DNA of 64,000 nucleotides, taken from positions 9,509 to 73,508 of the forward strand of contig LBYP01000003.1 of assembly GCA_000996245.1 (NCBI GenBank), written 5' to 3'. Made by a program: the position numbers and the translations under genes. The stretch comes from Parcubacteria group bacterium GW2011_GWA2_40_23 (GTDB lineage Bacteria; Patescibacteriota; Patescibacteriia; UBA11705; JABHMO01). Below, piece after piece: positions 49,037 through 58,819 of the stretch (position 1 is its first letter; each line of letters starts with the position of its first letter). The notes beneath the pieces are model-generated. The model had not been told where the DNA came from, made no database searches, and was given only the letters and a program-made list of their open reading frames with translations.

Positions 49037-49699
49037 ATGAAATATAATATATTCCCAACAATAACGACTTGCCCCAATTTTTCATGGAAACATAAACTTC
49101 AAGAAGTTAAGTGTTTGGGTTTAACTGAGGTTTCTGTTTTTCCGACATTTATTGGCTTAGCAGAGCGCAAAAGGCTTTATAAAGAACTCGATAAATCAAA
49201 TATCAAATGGGTACCACACGTTCATGTCCGTAGTGATTTTGAAGTCTGGGAGTTTGAATTTTTTTGGAAACGCTTTAAAACACGCTCCTTTAATACTCAT
49301 GAGGATTTTATTTTTCAGTTAAAAAAGTGGTATAAATATCGTTATAATCTTTATGTTGAGTTTGACTATGAAGGGGCTGTCACCCAAAAAGCAGATTTGA
49401 AATTAGTAGCCGGTCTTTGCGTTGACTTGTCTCATTTGTGGTCAGCGAAGGCAAGGGGGAGGAAAGAATTCAATGTTCAGAACGAATATGCGACTAAACA
49501 CGGTGTTGGCTGTAACCATCTAAATGGATTCGCACGACACCTTACAAGAGATATGCATTACGTGCGAGACAAACACAATTTTGATTATTTGAAGGAAATT
49601 TCTAAGAAATTTTTTGGTAAAATTATTTCTTTAGAACTGAATAATTCAATCGAAAAGCAATTAGAGTATAAAAAATATATTGAGAAAATATTAAAATAA
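49037..49699 (+). CDS. hypothetical protein (possible TIM-barrel)
   Basis: HVH, FNTH, GLCVDLSH, ISLE metal-ligand-like motifs. Confidence 0.6.
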   Translation: MKYNIFPTITTCPNFSWKHKLQEVKCLGLTEVSVFPTFIGLAERKRLYKELDKSNIKWVPHVHVRSDFEVWEFEFFWKRFKTRSFNTHEDFIFQLKKWYKYRYNLYVEFDYEGAVTQKADLKLVAGLCVDLSHLWSAKARGRKEFNVQNEYATKHGVGCNHLNGFARHLTRDMHYVRDKHNFDYLKEISKKFFGKIISLELNNSIEKQLEYKKYIEKILK

Positions 49700-49703
49700 A
49701 TTT

Positions 49704-50450
49704 ATGATTTGGATTTATTCATTGGTCAGTATCCTTGCTGTTAGTTTGATTTCTTTCCTTGGCGTTTTGTTCTTAGGAATTAAAAAGGAAAAATTAGAAC
49801 ATATACTTTTGTATTTTGTTAGTTTTTCAATTGGCGCGTTATTTGCCGAAGTCTTTATCCACATTATTCCGCGTATTGTCGAAGAGGTGGGGTTTACTGT
49901 TCGTTACGGATTATACTTTTTACTGGGTTTAATAGTCTTTTTTATTGTTGAGAAGTACGTTCATTGGCATCACTGCCATAAGGTTGACCATCATCACGAA
50001 ATTAAACCAGTTGCTTATACCAATTTAATTGGGGATGGGTTACATAACTTTCTTGATGGATTAATCATTGCTTCGAGTTTTGTCGTCAGCGTACCGTTGG
50101 GAATAGCCACTGCTTTTGCTGTGTTGTTTCATGAAATTCCTCAAGAAATCGGTGACTTCGGAGTACTTTTGTATTCTGGTCTTTCAAAAAAGAAAGCTCT
50201 TTGGTTGAATTTTGGTTCTGCCTTGCTCGCGGTTGTTGGTGGTGTTGTTGGAATTTTGTTGGCCAGTACGGTCAGCTCAATTGAAATGGTTATTCTGGCT
50301 ATAGCCGGTGGTGGTTTTGTATATATTGCTGGTTCAGATTTAATTCCGGAGTTACATCAAAACAAATGCTCTCGTTGCAGTTCAGTGTACCAACTTCTCT
50401 TTATGATTTTAGGAATTGTTGTTATGATGGGGTTGTTGCTTCTTGAATAA
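49704..50450 (+). CDS. ZIP family metal transporter
   Basis: His-rich loop, DGLHNFLDG, HEIPQEIGDFG. Confidence 0.92.
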   Translation: MIWIYSLVSILAVSLISFLGVLFLGIKKEKLEHILLYFVSFSIGALFAEVFIHIIPRIVEEVGFTVRYGLYFLLGLIVFFIVEKYVHWHHCHKVDHHHEIKPVAYTNLIGDGLHNFLDGLIIASSFVVSVPLGIATAFAVLFHEIPQEIGDFGVLLYSGLSKKKALWLNFGSALLAVVGGVVGILLASTVSSIEMVILAIAGGGFVYIAGSDLIPELHQNKCSRCSSVYQLLFMILGIVVMMGLLLLE

Positions 50451-50663
50451 CAGCTTAACTATAATCAAGAAAACAAAAAAGCAAGAAAGCAAGAAAGCAA
50501 GGAGTAAAAGCAATGAACAAGCGAAGCGATAGAGCATCTTGAACAATTAGAACAATTAAAATAAATAACAAATATACAAAGTTCAGCAAATTGTTTTCTT
50601 GTTTTCTTGCTTTTTTGCTGAGGTGCTAAGTAATTTGAATAAATTATTTGTAACTAAAAATCT

Positions 50664-51455
50664 ATGCCAACAGAAACATGTTGTCGTGGCCATAAATGGA
50701 TAATGGTGCTCGCCATAGTCTGTTTAACTGCCATTGTGCTTGTCGCCATTGTGCGCGATAGAATCGTCACTCAAAATAATTGGACTGTTCAGGTAACTGG
50801 TACGGGTGAAGTAAATTATGAACCAGATACTGCCAGTGTGAGTCTTGGTGTATCAATTATGAATGAAAAAAATGCGAGCAAAGCAATTGCCGATATGTCG
50901 GTAATAACAAAAAAAGTTATTGAAGCGGTTACAAAACTAGGCATTGCTACGGAAAATTTTCAAACAACAAACTTTAACCTGAATCCACATTACGTTTATC
51001 AAGATAATAATAACCCAACGGTTACTGGGTATGATGCCGAGCAGACATTGTTAATCAAAATAGAGAGCATTGATCAAAACAAAGAATTGTTAGGCAAGGT
51101 TATCGAAGCTGCCAGTTTAGTTGGCGCTAATAAAGTACAAGGAATTGATTTCACTTATTCAAAGATTGAAGAAGTGAAACAAGCAGCTAGAATTTTAGCT
51201 TTAACAGATGCCCGCACTAAGGCCAGTTCAACGGCGCAGGCAGCTGGTGTTAAACTAAGCAAGGTTGTTGGTTGGTGGGAAAATATGGTTTATCCAGAAG
51301 CTTTGGGTAAGGGCGGTTTTGGTGGGTCTGATGTGGCAGCCACAATAACTGTCCCAAGTGGTCAGCAAAAGATGAAGATTGAAATGAATGTCAGTTATTT
51401 GATAAAACCAGGTTATTTTAAGAGTTTTGATAGGGAACGTGGAGACAATAAGTAA
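50664..51455 (+). CDS. SIMPL (DUF541) domain protein
   Basis: VQVTGTGEV..EPD.A, ARILALTDARTKA. Confidence 0.85.
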   Translation: MPTETCCRGHKWIMVLAIVCLTAIVLVAIVRDRIVTQNNWTVQVTGTGEVNYEPDTASVSLGVSIMNEKNASKAIADMSVITKKVIEAVTKLGIATENFQTTNFNLNPHYVYQDNNNPTVTGYDAEQTLLIKIESIDQNKELLGKVIEAASLVGANKVQGIDFTYSKIEEVKQAARILALTDARTKASSTAQAAGVKLSKVVGWWENMVYPEALGKGGFGGSDVAATITVPSGQQKMKIEMNVSYLIKPGYFKSFDRERGDNK

Positions 51456-51516
51456 AAATTGATTTAAAAAGCTCCTCATCTTGGGGAGCTTTTGGTTTTA
51501 CTTAATTTACGTAGAA

Positions 51517-52092
51517 TTAAAGAATTGTTATCCCAAACTTTTTCAACGCTTGTGCCAGTTCAAAGAGTGGAAGTCCCATAACATTTAAATAATCGCCTTC
51601 AATTTTTTTAACAATGACTGCGCCCAAGCCTTGAATGGCAAAGGCGCCGGCTTTATCGAGTGGTTCATTAGTCTTTATATAATTTTCTATTTCTTGAGTT
51701 GATAATTTTTTGATAAAGACTTTTGTAACGCATGCTTTAGAATAAGATTTTTTTGTGCTTGTATCGATAATCGTAAATCCAGTAATAACAGAAACAGCTT
51801 TGCCACTAATTTTTTTAAGAGACTTGCGCGCCTTTTCCATTGTTAATGGCTTTCCTAACAGTTCATCTTTAAGTGCAATAAAAGTATCAGCACCAATAAT
51901 AATATGGTTTGGATATTTGTTAGCGATTGATATAGCTTTTCCTCTGGATAAATGTTTTGCTAAATCTAGTGGTTTTAGCTTTAGCGTCATGTCTTCCTCA
52001 TAATTACTGCTTACAGCTGTGAACGACAGTCCACTTTGAGCGAGAATTTGTTTACGACGTGGAGAAGTTGAAGCGAGAATTATATGTTTCAT
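51517..52092 (-). CDS. maf: Maf nucleoside triphosphate pyrophosphatase
   Basis: ILASTSPRR, IGADT, DKAGAFAIQG, NVMGLP. Confidence 0.93.
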   Translation of the reverse strand: MKHIILASTSPRRKQILAQSGLSFTAVSSNYEEDMTLKLKPLDLAKHLSRGKAISIANKYPNHIIIGADTFIALKDELLGKPLTMEKARKSLKKISGKAVSVITGFTIIDTSTKKSYSKACVTKVFIKKLSTQEIENYIKTNEPLDKAGAFAIQGLGAVIVKKIEGDYLNVMGLPLFELAQALKKFGITIL

Positions 52093-52263
52093 ATTTCATG
52101 TAAATTTTAAACTGCTTATATTCTATCAAAAATAGCTGTTTTTACCAATTTTTATGTTAATTTGAAATAATTTTTATCTGTTGACTACTGATAACGGAGT
52201 TGTTAATATGCGAGTATCAATGGCATATGGTAAACGCTAAAAACCTCGATGTGGAGGTCGTCC

Positions 52264-52557
52264 ATGGCGCTAAAAAGGTTCGAGCTTGTTTTGCTCCAAA
52301 TTCTTAGCTCGAATCGAGCAGACTGGTGGTTGGCCCTGGACCTTGTTCGGGCCGCTCGAGGATATGTAGGACCACTCTCTGTTTACAGGAGATTCGCTCG
52401 TCTCGAAAAAGCGAGTTTCATTACCTCTCGCGACATGACAGAGGAAGAAGCCACGAACGAATATTGCGAGCTGCCTCGTCGTCGACTCTACCAGATCGCA
52501 ATCCTGGGTATTCGTCAGGCCCGTTCCTTGGGTCTGGTGCAAGGCCGATCAGGCTGA
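52264..52557 (+). CDS. GC-rich PadR-like winged-helix protein
   Basis: SVYRRFARLEKASFITS...PRRRLYQI. GGAGG SD, TTGACT-17-TAATAT promoter, terminator at 52562-52596. Confidence 0.6.
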   Translation: MALKRFELVLLQILSSNRADWWLALDLVRAARGYVGPLSVYRRFARLEKASFITSRDMTEEEATNEYCELPRRRLYQIAILGIRQARSLGLVQGRSG

Positions 52558-52605
52558 ATCAAAAACCCCGCATGGAGCAAGTCCGTGCGGGGTTTTAAAT
52601 TCTAT

Positions 52606-52824
52606 TTATTTTTTATTAAAATCTTCTTTTGTTAAGTTCGCTTGCCTGACAATTGAACGGAAGGTGCCATAGGTTATTTCTTTTTCATGTATTGGAACAA
52701 TCACCGTTAGCGTCATTGTACTTTCTTTGCGATATTTTGCATGTGAGCCTGTTTGTGAAACAAAAAAGAACCCCTTAGACTTTAGGATTCTTAGAAGTAA
52801 GCGTAGCGGATAAGGCTTAGGCAT
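52606..52824 (-). CDS. hicA: HicA toxin
   Basis: GFFFVSQTGSHAKY...VIVPIH..EI..GT..SI. Confidence 0.88.
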   Translation of the reverse strand: MPKPYPLRLLLRILKSKGFFFVSQTGSHAKYRKESTMTLTVIVPIHEKEITYGTFRSIVRQANLTKEDFNKK

Positions 52825-53035
52825 ACTGCAAGGTGATAGATTCGATAGCTGGTCGGCTGACGTTTAATTTCTTTGGGAGGGGGATATCTTCGAAATATAA
52901 TTCTAAAGCTTCGTGTAGGTTTGTTAATGCTTCTTTCTTTGTCTTTCCGAAACTGGAAACATCCACCTCTAAACATTGGGAGACATAGTATTTGCCTTCT
53001 TTCCAAACAACTGATTTTAGGTTTATTTTACTCAT
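52817..53035 (-). CDS. hicB: HicB antitoxin
   Basis: YVSQCLEVDVSSFGKTKKEALTNLHEALELY. Confidence 0.88.
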   Translation of the reverse strand: MSKINLKSVVWKEGKYYVSQCLEVDVSSFGKTKKEALTNLHEALELYFEDIPLPKKLNVSRPAIESITLQYA

Positions 53036-53100
53036 ATTATATGATTACATTAAAAGCATAAATTGTTTACAGGAGTATGTCAAATCTAGGTGGAATGAGT

Positions 53101-54117
53101 TTATTCCATTGGAATATTAGCACAAAATTCTTTGCTGTGACAACTGGCGTAGTTAGAAGCTTGAGTCACGCCACAGAACTCACAACGAGTTTCCTTTTCC
53201 GGACAGCCCTCACCAAAGGATACACAATAGGTTTCATCGTCAGTGATTTGAGCCTTAGAGTCGCCGGGTGCATAGTCAAAAATAACTTTCTTGATGTTAG
53301 GTATGAGCAATAAAGTTTTTTCTATAATTGGATGAATAATAGCCAGGGTCGAAGAAACGCCAGCCCAACCATCAACGTCAATGTTTAATAAAATGTAAAC
53401 TGTGTCAGCCCCAACATTAAGATAAGTGACAAAAGCCTTGTCTGGGCCGCCGCCTAAAGGAATCCCAGCGATTGCAGCCTCAGCACTGGCCTTGACAATG
53501 GCGCTAGTGTAAGGGATAATAATATTTTTTTGGACAAATTTTGTTGATGGTAATGGATCAATACCACCGACTTGAGCGTATTCAGCCATTCGTTGTTGAT
53601 AAAGCGCCAGATTTTCTGGAACCATAACTGTGATAGTCGTGGTACTGGTTGTATCGATAGAATTTGCAGGCTCAATATTTGAAATTATTCTAGCTAAGCC
53701 AGTGCTCGTTGCTTGTACTGTCTTATAAAAATCTTCGTAAGTTATTAGTGGTGCAGCAGTTGTGTGTTTTATGGCGAGCTTTAGTTCATTCGCCAGCGAT
53801 TTAAGACCAATCAAATTTAGCGTGATTTTTTCTGGGACTTTTTTATTAGCAACTTCAGCTTCAAACTTTCTAATTGTTGTTTCCAGTGACGTTGAAATTT
53901 TGGTGACGGTTTTGGTATATTCTTCGAATGTAGGTGCTAGCGCTGCGTCACCACGCATTAATGAGACGTTGAGATCATTGACGATATTTGTCAGTTCAGT
54001 TAGGACTTCAGTACTTGGCTTGTAGCTAGACGCGTTATTCGAGCTTTGTTGTTTGGAAGTACAGCCGGAAAAAAAGAGAAGAGAGATTGCTACTAGAAGA
54101 AAGAGACCTTTTTTCAT
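53101..54117 (-). CDS. hypothetical lipoprotein with Cys-rich C-terminus
   Basis: Lipobox FSGC and six terminal Cys. Confidence 0.7.
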   Translation of the reverse strand: MKKGLFLLVAISLLFFSGCTSKQQSSNNASSYKPSTEVLTELTNIVNDLNVSLMRGDAALAPTFEEYTKTVTKISTSLETTIRKFEAEVANKKVPEKITLNLIGLKSLANELKLAIKHTTAAPLITYEDFYKTVQATSTGLARIISNIEPANSIDTTSTTTITVMVPENLALYQQRMAEYAQVGGIDPLPSTKFVQKNIIIPYTSAIVKASAEAAIAGIPLGGGPDKAFVTYLNVGADTVYILLNIDVDGWAGVSSTLAIIHPIIEKTLLLIPNIKKVIFDYAPGDSKAQITDDETYCVSFGEGCPEKETRCEFCGVTQASNYASCHSKEFCANIPME

Positions 54118-54126
54118 ATTTTAAAT

Positions 54127-54516
54127 TTATTTAATTATATTTGGTATCTCTGTCCTTGGTATTTTGTGAACATTTACTTTCTTGTGTCCGAGAATTTTCG
54201 CTTTGACTAGTCGGTGTAGACCGTTCAGGATTAACCAACGCCCTTTATTCTCCATAATATCTATCGGATACAACAAATCAGATCCCATGGTTCGATTATA
54301 TTCAAGCTGATATGTATCCGGATCAGAAATGACCTGGTTGGGTGAAAGATTGTAGATAGCCTCTCCAACGCTCCAAAAAGGGATCTCGAAATGCCAGACT
54401 AATTCGGACAAGGAGATTTCCTCGATTGGGAAATTAAGAGCCCAGACTTTACGCTCATCCCAGCTGAAGTCAAAGCCAACTTCTTGAATAATTTTAGGTA
54501 ATTTTTTGTCTTCCAT
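54127..54516 (-). CDS. ParB/Srx-like domain protein
   Basis: DLLYPID...WLILNGLHRLVKA. Confidence 0.6.
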   Translation of the reverse strand: MEDKKLPKIIQEVGFDFSWDERKVWALNFPIEEISLSELVWHFEIPFWSVGEAIYNLSPNQVISDPDTYQLEYNRTMGSDLLYPIDIMENKGRWLILNGLHRLVKAKILGHKKVNVHKIPRTEIPNIIK

Positions 54517-54613
54517 AATATCTCTATCCTATCATAAACAAGCATGTCTCTCAATAAGCTTGATTTTTGTTAAATAATTTTATAATATGAGGAGACGGTT
54601 CCGCTTTTTTTTC

Positions 54614-54895
54614 TTGACTATTTAAGTAAATTTGCTATTATATTTCTGACGGCCATTTTCACCATGGAGGTATTCATCATGGTCCAGGCCAGTCTGACGT
54701 GCTGCGTGGTGGTGGGATAGCCGGGAGGCCTTCCACGCACCGGCTCCGACAGCGGAGCAGACGACGCTAAGAAAGTAGGTACTTGGAGGTCCCTATCTGG
54801 CACCTCCAGACGAGCGTCGTCTCCACCTCCCTGTTTTACAGGGATGCAGCAAGTGCTTGGGGCGGATTTCTCGTGAGATCCGCCCCGCTTTTTTT
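54614..54895 (+). ncRNA. candidate structured RNA / sORF transcript
   Basis: Promoter, GGAGG + 13-codon ORF, nested stems and a strong terminator. Confidence 0.45.
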
Positions 54896-55048
54896 GTTTT
54901 ATATGTGTTTCAATCATAAAGGGTGGGGACAAATTGTCCCTACCCTTGGTACTATTGATTACTTGAGATGTCTACAAATTGTAGATAGCTGAAAGGCAAA
55001 TTCATTTATAACTTGTAGTGTTTAGAGAAACCTAATGTAGGTGAAAAA

Positions 55049-55876
55049 TTATTTTGGTAATAACGTTGTTTTTTTATTTGTAATTACTTTCTTACCAGTT
55101 TTGGCTTCAATTTGTTTGCGAGCGTTTCCTGCAATTGAACCGCCTTCACGTGCAACGTATCTATTCTCTGGAAATGTTCTTGGTAGTTTAACTTTTGATA
55201 TTTCAGTCGTGGATGTTTCTGCGAGCATATTCAAAACGATTTCGAGATTTGACATGTTGTCACGCAAATTTTCTTTCTTTAAGTTTTTAATTTTTTTGTA
55301 GTCCTTTGTCTTTAATCCTGCCCAAGCGAAAGTTATGTCATCAGTTAAAATAGCAAATTCTTTGTTAGTTAAAACGCCTCGTTCCTGCCATTCATTAGTC
55401 AAATCGTTTCTAATTTCAATACTTTTAAGCCGCATATCAATCCAGTTTTTGGAATAGCCTTTTTTCAGATATGTCTCTAACGCTCTTCGAATCGCTTTCT
55501 CTGGATCTTCTGTTTCTTCAACTCGTTCGTAGCCAACTCGAGCTAGCCAGAGTTTGAATGGTTCTGCTTTAGGCGAAGGGATAGACTGGATAATGCGAAA
55601 AAGACCCTCTGTATCTGCACAGTCGGTTTCTCTCATTTTCCCATCAGGTGCTTCTAGTTTAAACTGTCGACAAATTGTCGACGGTTCAAAACTAGACTCC
55701 TCTTTGACTCTGAGTTTCATTTTAAACCAATAATCGCGTGCGTTTAGGCTATCTGTTAAGGCTGAAATAACGTCAATAACAGAAAAGTACCAAAGTTCCT
55801 TTTCTTCGTCCCAAAGACGACGAATTTGTTTGCCTTCAAAAATAGTGAGGACTTTGTTAGTTTTTGTGTTTTTCAT
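55049..55876 (-). CDS. Bro-N domain protein
   Basis: WYFSVIDVI, RIIQSIPSPKAEPFKLWLA, NLRDNM. Confidence 0.88.
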   Translation of the reverse strand: MKNTKTNKVLTIFEGKQIRRLWDEEKELWYFSVIDVISALTDSLNARDYWFKMKLRVKEESSFEPSTICRQFKLEAPDGKMRETDCADTEGLFRIIQSIPSPKAEPFKLWLARVGYERVEETEDPEKAIRRALETYLKKGYSKNWIDMRLKSIEIRNDLTNEWQERGVLTNKEFAILTDDITFAWAGLKTKDYKKIKNLKKENLRDNMSNLEIVLNMLAETSTTEISKVKLPRTFPENRYVAREGGSIAGNARKQIEAKTGKKVITNKKTTLLPK

Positions 55877-55903
55877 ATACTTCCATTGTAACCCGTGGCG
55901 TTT

Positions 55904-56395
55904 TTAAAAGTCTAATCTAGGTGAAAACAGTTGTTTTGAGATGTAGCCAAGCTTCTCAAAAAACTCTCTCCCACCAGGGATCAGTTTTACGTCTCTAAGT
56001 TCGATGGGATCGAACCAGCGTACTTCAATTAAGTCATCATCGAGCTTGAGTTGAATCTTATCTGCCGTTTTATCATTAATAATAATTTTGAAACGATTAA
56101 ATTCCATATGGCACAAAACTTTTTCACCAGTGTCTTTTAATGTTTTTTCCGAGACTCCTTTAGCAACATAAGGGATGGCTTCTGGTTTATATGGAGTTAT
56201 GTCGAGACCAACTTCTTCTTTGACTTCTCGAATCAAAGCTTGCTCAAATGTTTCGCCTTCCTCAACTCCGCCACCAGGGATATGCCAGCAATCTGGGTAA
56301 ACGCCGCCTTTAGTTGGGTCTTTTTTACCCAGGAGGAGTTTATTGTCGCTACTAAAGATTAGCGCGGAAACAATGGTGCGATTGATTGTTCTCAT
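55904..56395 (-). CDS. NUDIX hydrolase
   Basis: PGGGVEEGETFEQALIREVKEEVG Nudix box. Confidence 0.92.
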   Translation of the reverse strand: MRTINRTIVSALIFSSDNKLLLGKKDPTKGGVYPDCWHIPGGGVEEGETFEQALIREVKEEVGLDITPYKPEAIPYVAKGVSEKTLKDTGEKVLCHMEFNRFKIIINDKTADKIQLKLDDDLIEVRWFDPIELRDVKLIPGGREFFEKLGYISKQLFSPRLDF

Positions 56396-56399
56396 ATTA

Positions 56400-56726
56400 T
56401 TATTTTAGTGATTGCTCAATCTCTTCTTCAATCGTTTTTGCCAGATCCTCTAGGTGTACGTTTTTCGCCAGATTTAAAATATCTTCAAATTCCAAAAGAG
56501 CGACTTCTGTATACCCAGCAGACAAATAGATTCTAGCTCAACGTAGATTAAATTGAATAAGGGCCGTTTGGTCGCCAGACGCTTCGAGCAAAGCTTTTTG
56601 TTCTAGCGCCATATTATTTAAAAGTTCGCTGACGATTGGATTGTCAGGGCCTTTTTCTTTAAGAAGTTGAGCTAGTTTTTGGTCGTGTTCTTGCACTGAT
56701 TCAAACTCAAATTTTGGACGAAACAT
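56400..56726 (-). pseudogene. helical hypothetical protein with internal TGA
   Basis: Frame continues past TGA (56538-56540) as ARIYLSAGYTEVALLEFE...SLK to TAA at 56400, abutting the NUDIX start. Confidence 0.6.
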
Positions 56727-56732
56727 ATTGAT

Positions 56733-57010
56733 TTGCTATTTATATTTGTAATCGGTAAACTGATAACAGTGATCGCAATCTTTTCCGGAAGGAGGCGCTC
56801 ATGCTGATCGTTCGTCAACTTACCTCGAAAGGGGGTGATCCTCTCTACGGGTCCGTCTAAATTGGAATAATGCGGGAGACAAGACGGCTCCATTATAAAG
56901 GGTAAACAACAGAAGGGCTTCGGTCTTTGGCCGCGTGAGACGGCCCAGGGGAAGAGACCTTGATCTCGTTTTACATTCGTCAGATTGCTACATAGCGATC
57001 TGACGATTTA
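56733..57010 (+). ncRNA. candidate structured RNA / sORF transcript
   Basis: TTGCTA-17-TAAACT promoter, AAGGAGG + 19-codon ORF (56801-56860), hairpins, terminal stem at 56977-57006. Confidence 0.45.
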
Positions 57011-57196
57011 TTTATACTACTAATTACGAATCTGCTACTTATCTACTAATAATTTCGTACGATTTGCGAGGAGCTAAGCCTTAAATATTTAAAGCGACGA
57101 AGCAATCTCTTGATCGAATACTGAAAAAACGGCTAGTGGTTGCTTCGTCTTGTCATCTAATGTGGCTTGAAAAACTAATTGTATTTTTTAGATGTT

Positions 57197-57574
57197 TTAT
57201 TTCTCTGCAACCTTCATTACTAATCTTTGATAAAACTCAGCCGCTGCTGTTCCGCCAAAAGCCATTGTACCTGAACCTTTATAAACATACATTAAAACTA
57301 TTTCATGAATGACGTCCATTGTGTCTTGATGTCCTTTTGTTTCAATTAATTTTTCAGCGCACAGTTCGACCAACCTTGGATAGAGTCTTGCTGCTTCACG
57401 TTTTTGTTCGGTAATCCATTCTGGATTGGGATCACGACCATAAACAATGTAAGCCGCTGTCGCATACTCGAGAGTTAATGCACTCAAATCTTCGCGGAAC
57501 TTGGCGAGGTCCGGTTTTGAAGGGATGGTTTCTGTTGTGAGAACGCTTGGCTGGTCTGGTTTTGGTTCTGGCAT
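57197..57574 (-). CDS. hypothetical protein
   Basis: 125-aa ORF, no motif recognised. Confidence 0.55.
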   Translation of the reverse strand: MPEPKPDQPSVLTTETIPSKPDLAKFREDLSALTLEYATAAYIVYGRDPNPEWITEQKREAARLYPRLVELCAEKLIETKGHQDTMDVIHEIVLMYVYKGSGTMAFGGTAAAEFYQRLVMKVAEK

Positions 57575-57773
57575 ATTATTTAAGTTATTAATAGTATTTG
57601 TATCGTAGTTTTTCCTGTGTATGTTATCACTTTAATTTACCTTGTTCTTTGGTTAATAGGGAGACTACTCCATACTAAGGTATCAAATTTATAATTACTT
57701 GCGGACGGATAGTACTTGACATCGTACAAAAAGTCCGTTACACTGTCTTTATCTAACAGTTAATATTAAAACT

Positions 57774-58793
57774 ATGAAGAAGTATGCATTTTGGAATAAC
57801 AAAGGTGGTACTGGCAAGACAAGTCTTGCTTTTCAAGTGATATGTGAGTACGCAAGGAGCAAGCCAACTGAAAAAATTCTGGCTATCGATGTGTGCCCAC
57901 AGGCAAACCTATCAGAAATATTTTTAGGAGGATTGCAACATGGGGGTAGCGACAACTTGCTAAAACGCCAAGGAGAAAGTGTACGTGCAACTATTGGAGG
58001 ATATTTTCAGATACGAATGCCGTCTCCTTTTAGTGTGCCTTCTTTTAGTCCTCAAGATTATTTGACTAAGCCATCTAAATACAATGAGCAAGTACCGGAA
58101 AATATTGACCTGTTATGTGGTGATCCTCTGTTGGAACTTCAATCTAATGCAATGTCAACTTTAGCAAATACACAAATTCCAGGTACCAATACATGGATTT
58201 CAATAATAGATTGGTTAAACGATTTTATCAAACCTTTAAGCAATAATTACGATGTTGTTTTTATTGATACAAATCCAAGTTTTTCTATTTATACACAGAT
58301 TGCCTTGTCGGTCGCTGAAAAATTGCTTTTGCCTGTAATGGCTGACGATTCATCACGAAGAGCGATTCAAAATGTCTTTTCACTTATATATGGGTTGAAG
58401 CTACCGGCAGAAATATATGCAAAATATGCTTTTGCTGAAAAGTTGAAGGAAGTAAATCGTTCTTTACCAAAAGTACATTTGATTATGAAAAATCGTCTTA
58501 CTCAATACATGGGAGCAGCTTCTGCCTATTCTACCGTATTAACAGCTATTGATGATGATATCAAATCATTGCTTGCCTCGCAGAGTTCAATATTTACATT
58601 CGATAACCTTAAAGATGGTATGGTTGATGTTAGAGATTTTCAAACAACTGGAGTGGTGGCGTTTGCGCGAGGTTGTCCATTTTATAAACTTTCTCCCGGT
58701 CGGCTTGATCTATTAGGACAGCGAGTGCAGGTTAAAGAAGAATATCGTAAAAATTGCATTGAAAATATACAAACCGTAGTTGATAAGTTGTAA
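57774..58793 (+). CDS. ParA family ATPase (orphan)
   Basis: WNNKGGTGKTS, IDVCPQANLS, IDTNPS. Confidence 0.88.
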   Translation: MKKYAFWNNKGGTGKTSLAFQVICEYARSKPTEKILAIDVCPQANLSEIFLGGLQHGGSDNLLKRQGESVRATIGGYFQIRMPSPFSVPSFSPQDYLTKPSKYNEQVPENIDLLCGDPLLELQSNAMSTLANTQIPGTNTWISIIDWLNDFIKPLSNNYDVVFIDTNPSFSIYTQIALSVAEKLLLPVMADDSSRRAIQNVFSLIYGLKLPAEIYAKYAFAEKLKEVNRSLPKVHLIMKNRLTQYMGAASAYSTVLTAIDDDIKSLLASQSSIFTFDNLKDGMVDVRDFQTTGVVAFARGCPFYKLSPGRLDLLGQRVQVKEEYRKNCIENIQTVVDKL

Positions 58794-58819
58794 ATCCTAT
58801 ACATTAAATCATTTAAGAA

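Noticed and set aside
15475-56540. Stop-codon recoding (e.g. TGA=Gly, code 25)
   Set aside because: The three internal stops fall at probable Leu (TAA), Trp (TGA) and Arg (TGA) positions, long core genes are open in code 11, and TGA ends genuine genes such as rnpA.
56770-57010. RNase P RNA, SRP RNA or tmRNA
   Set aside because: I could not find GAGGAAAGTCC, the SRP GGAA-tetraloop domain, or tRNA-like ends, so it is kept only as an unnamed candidate.
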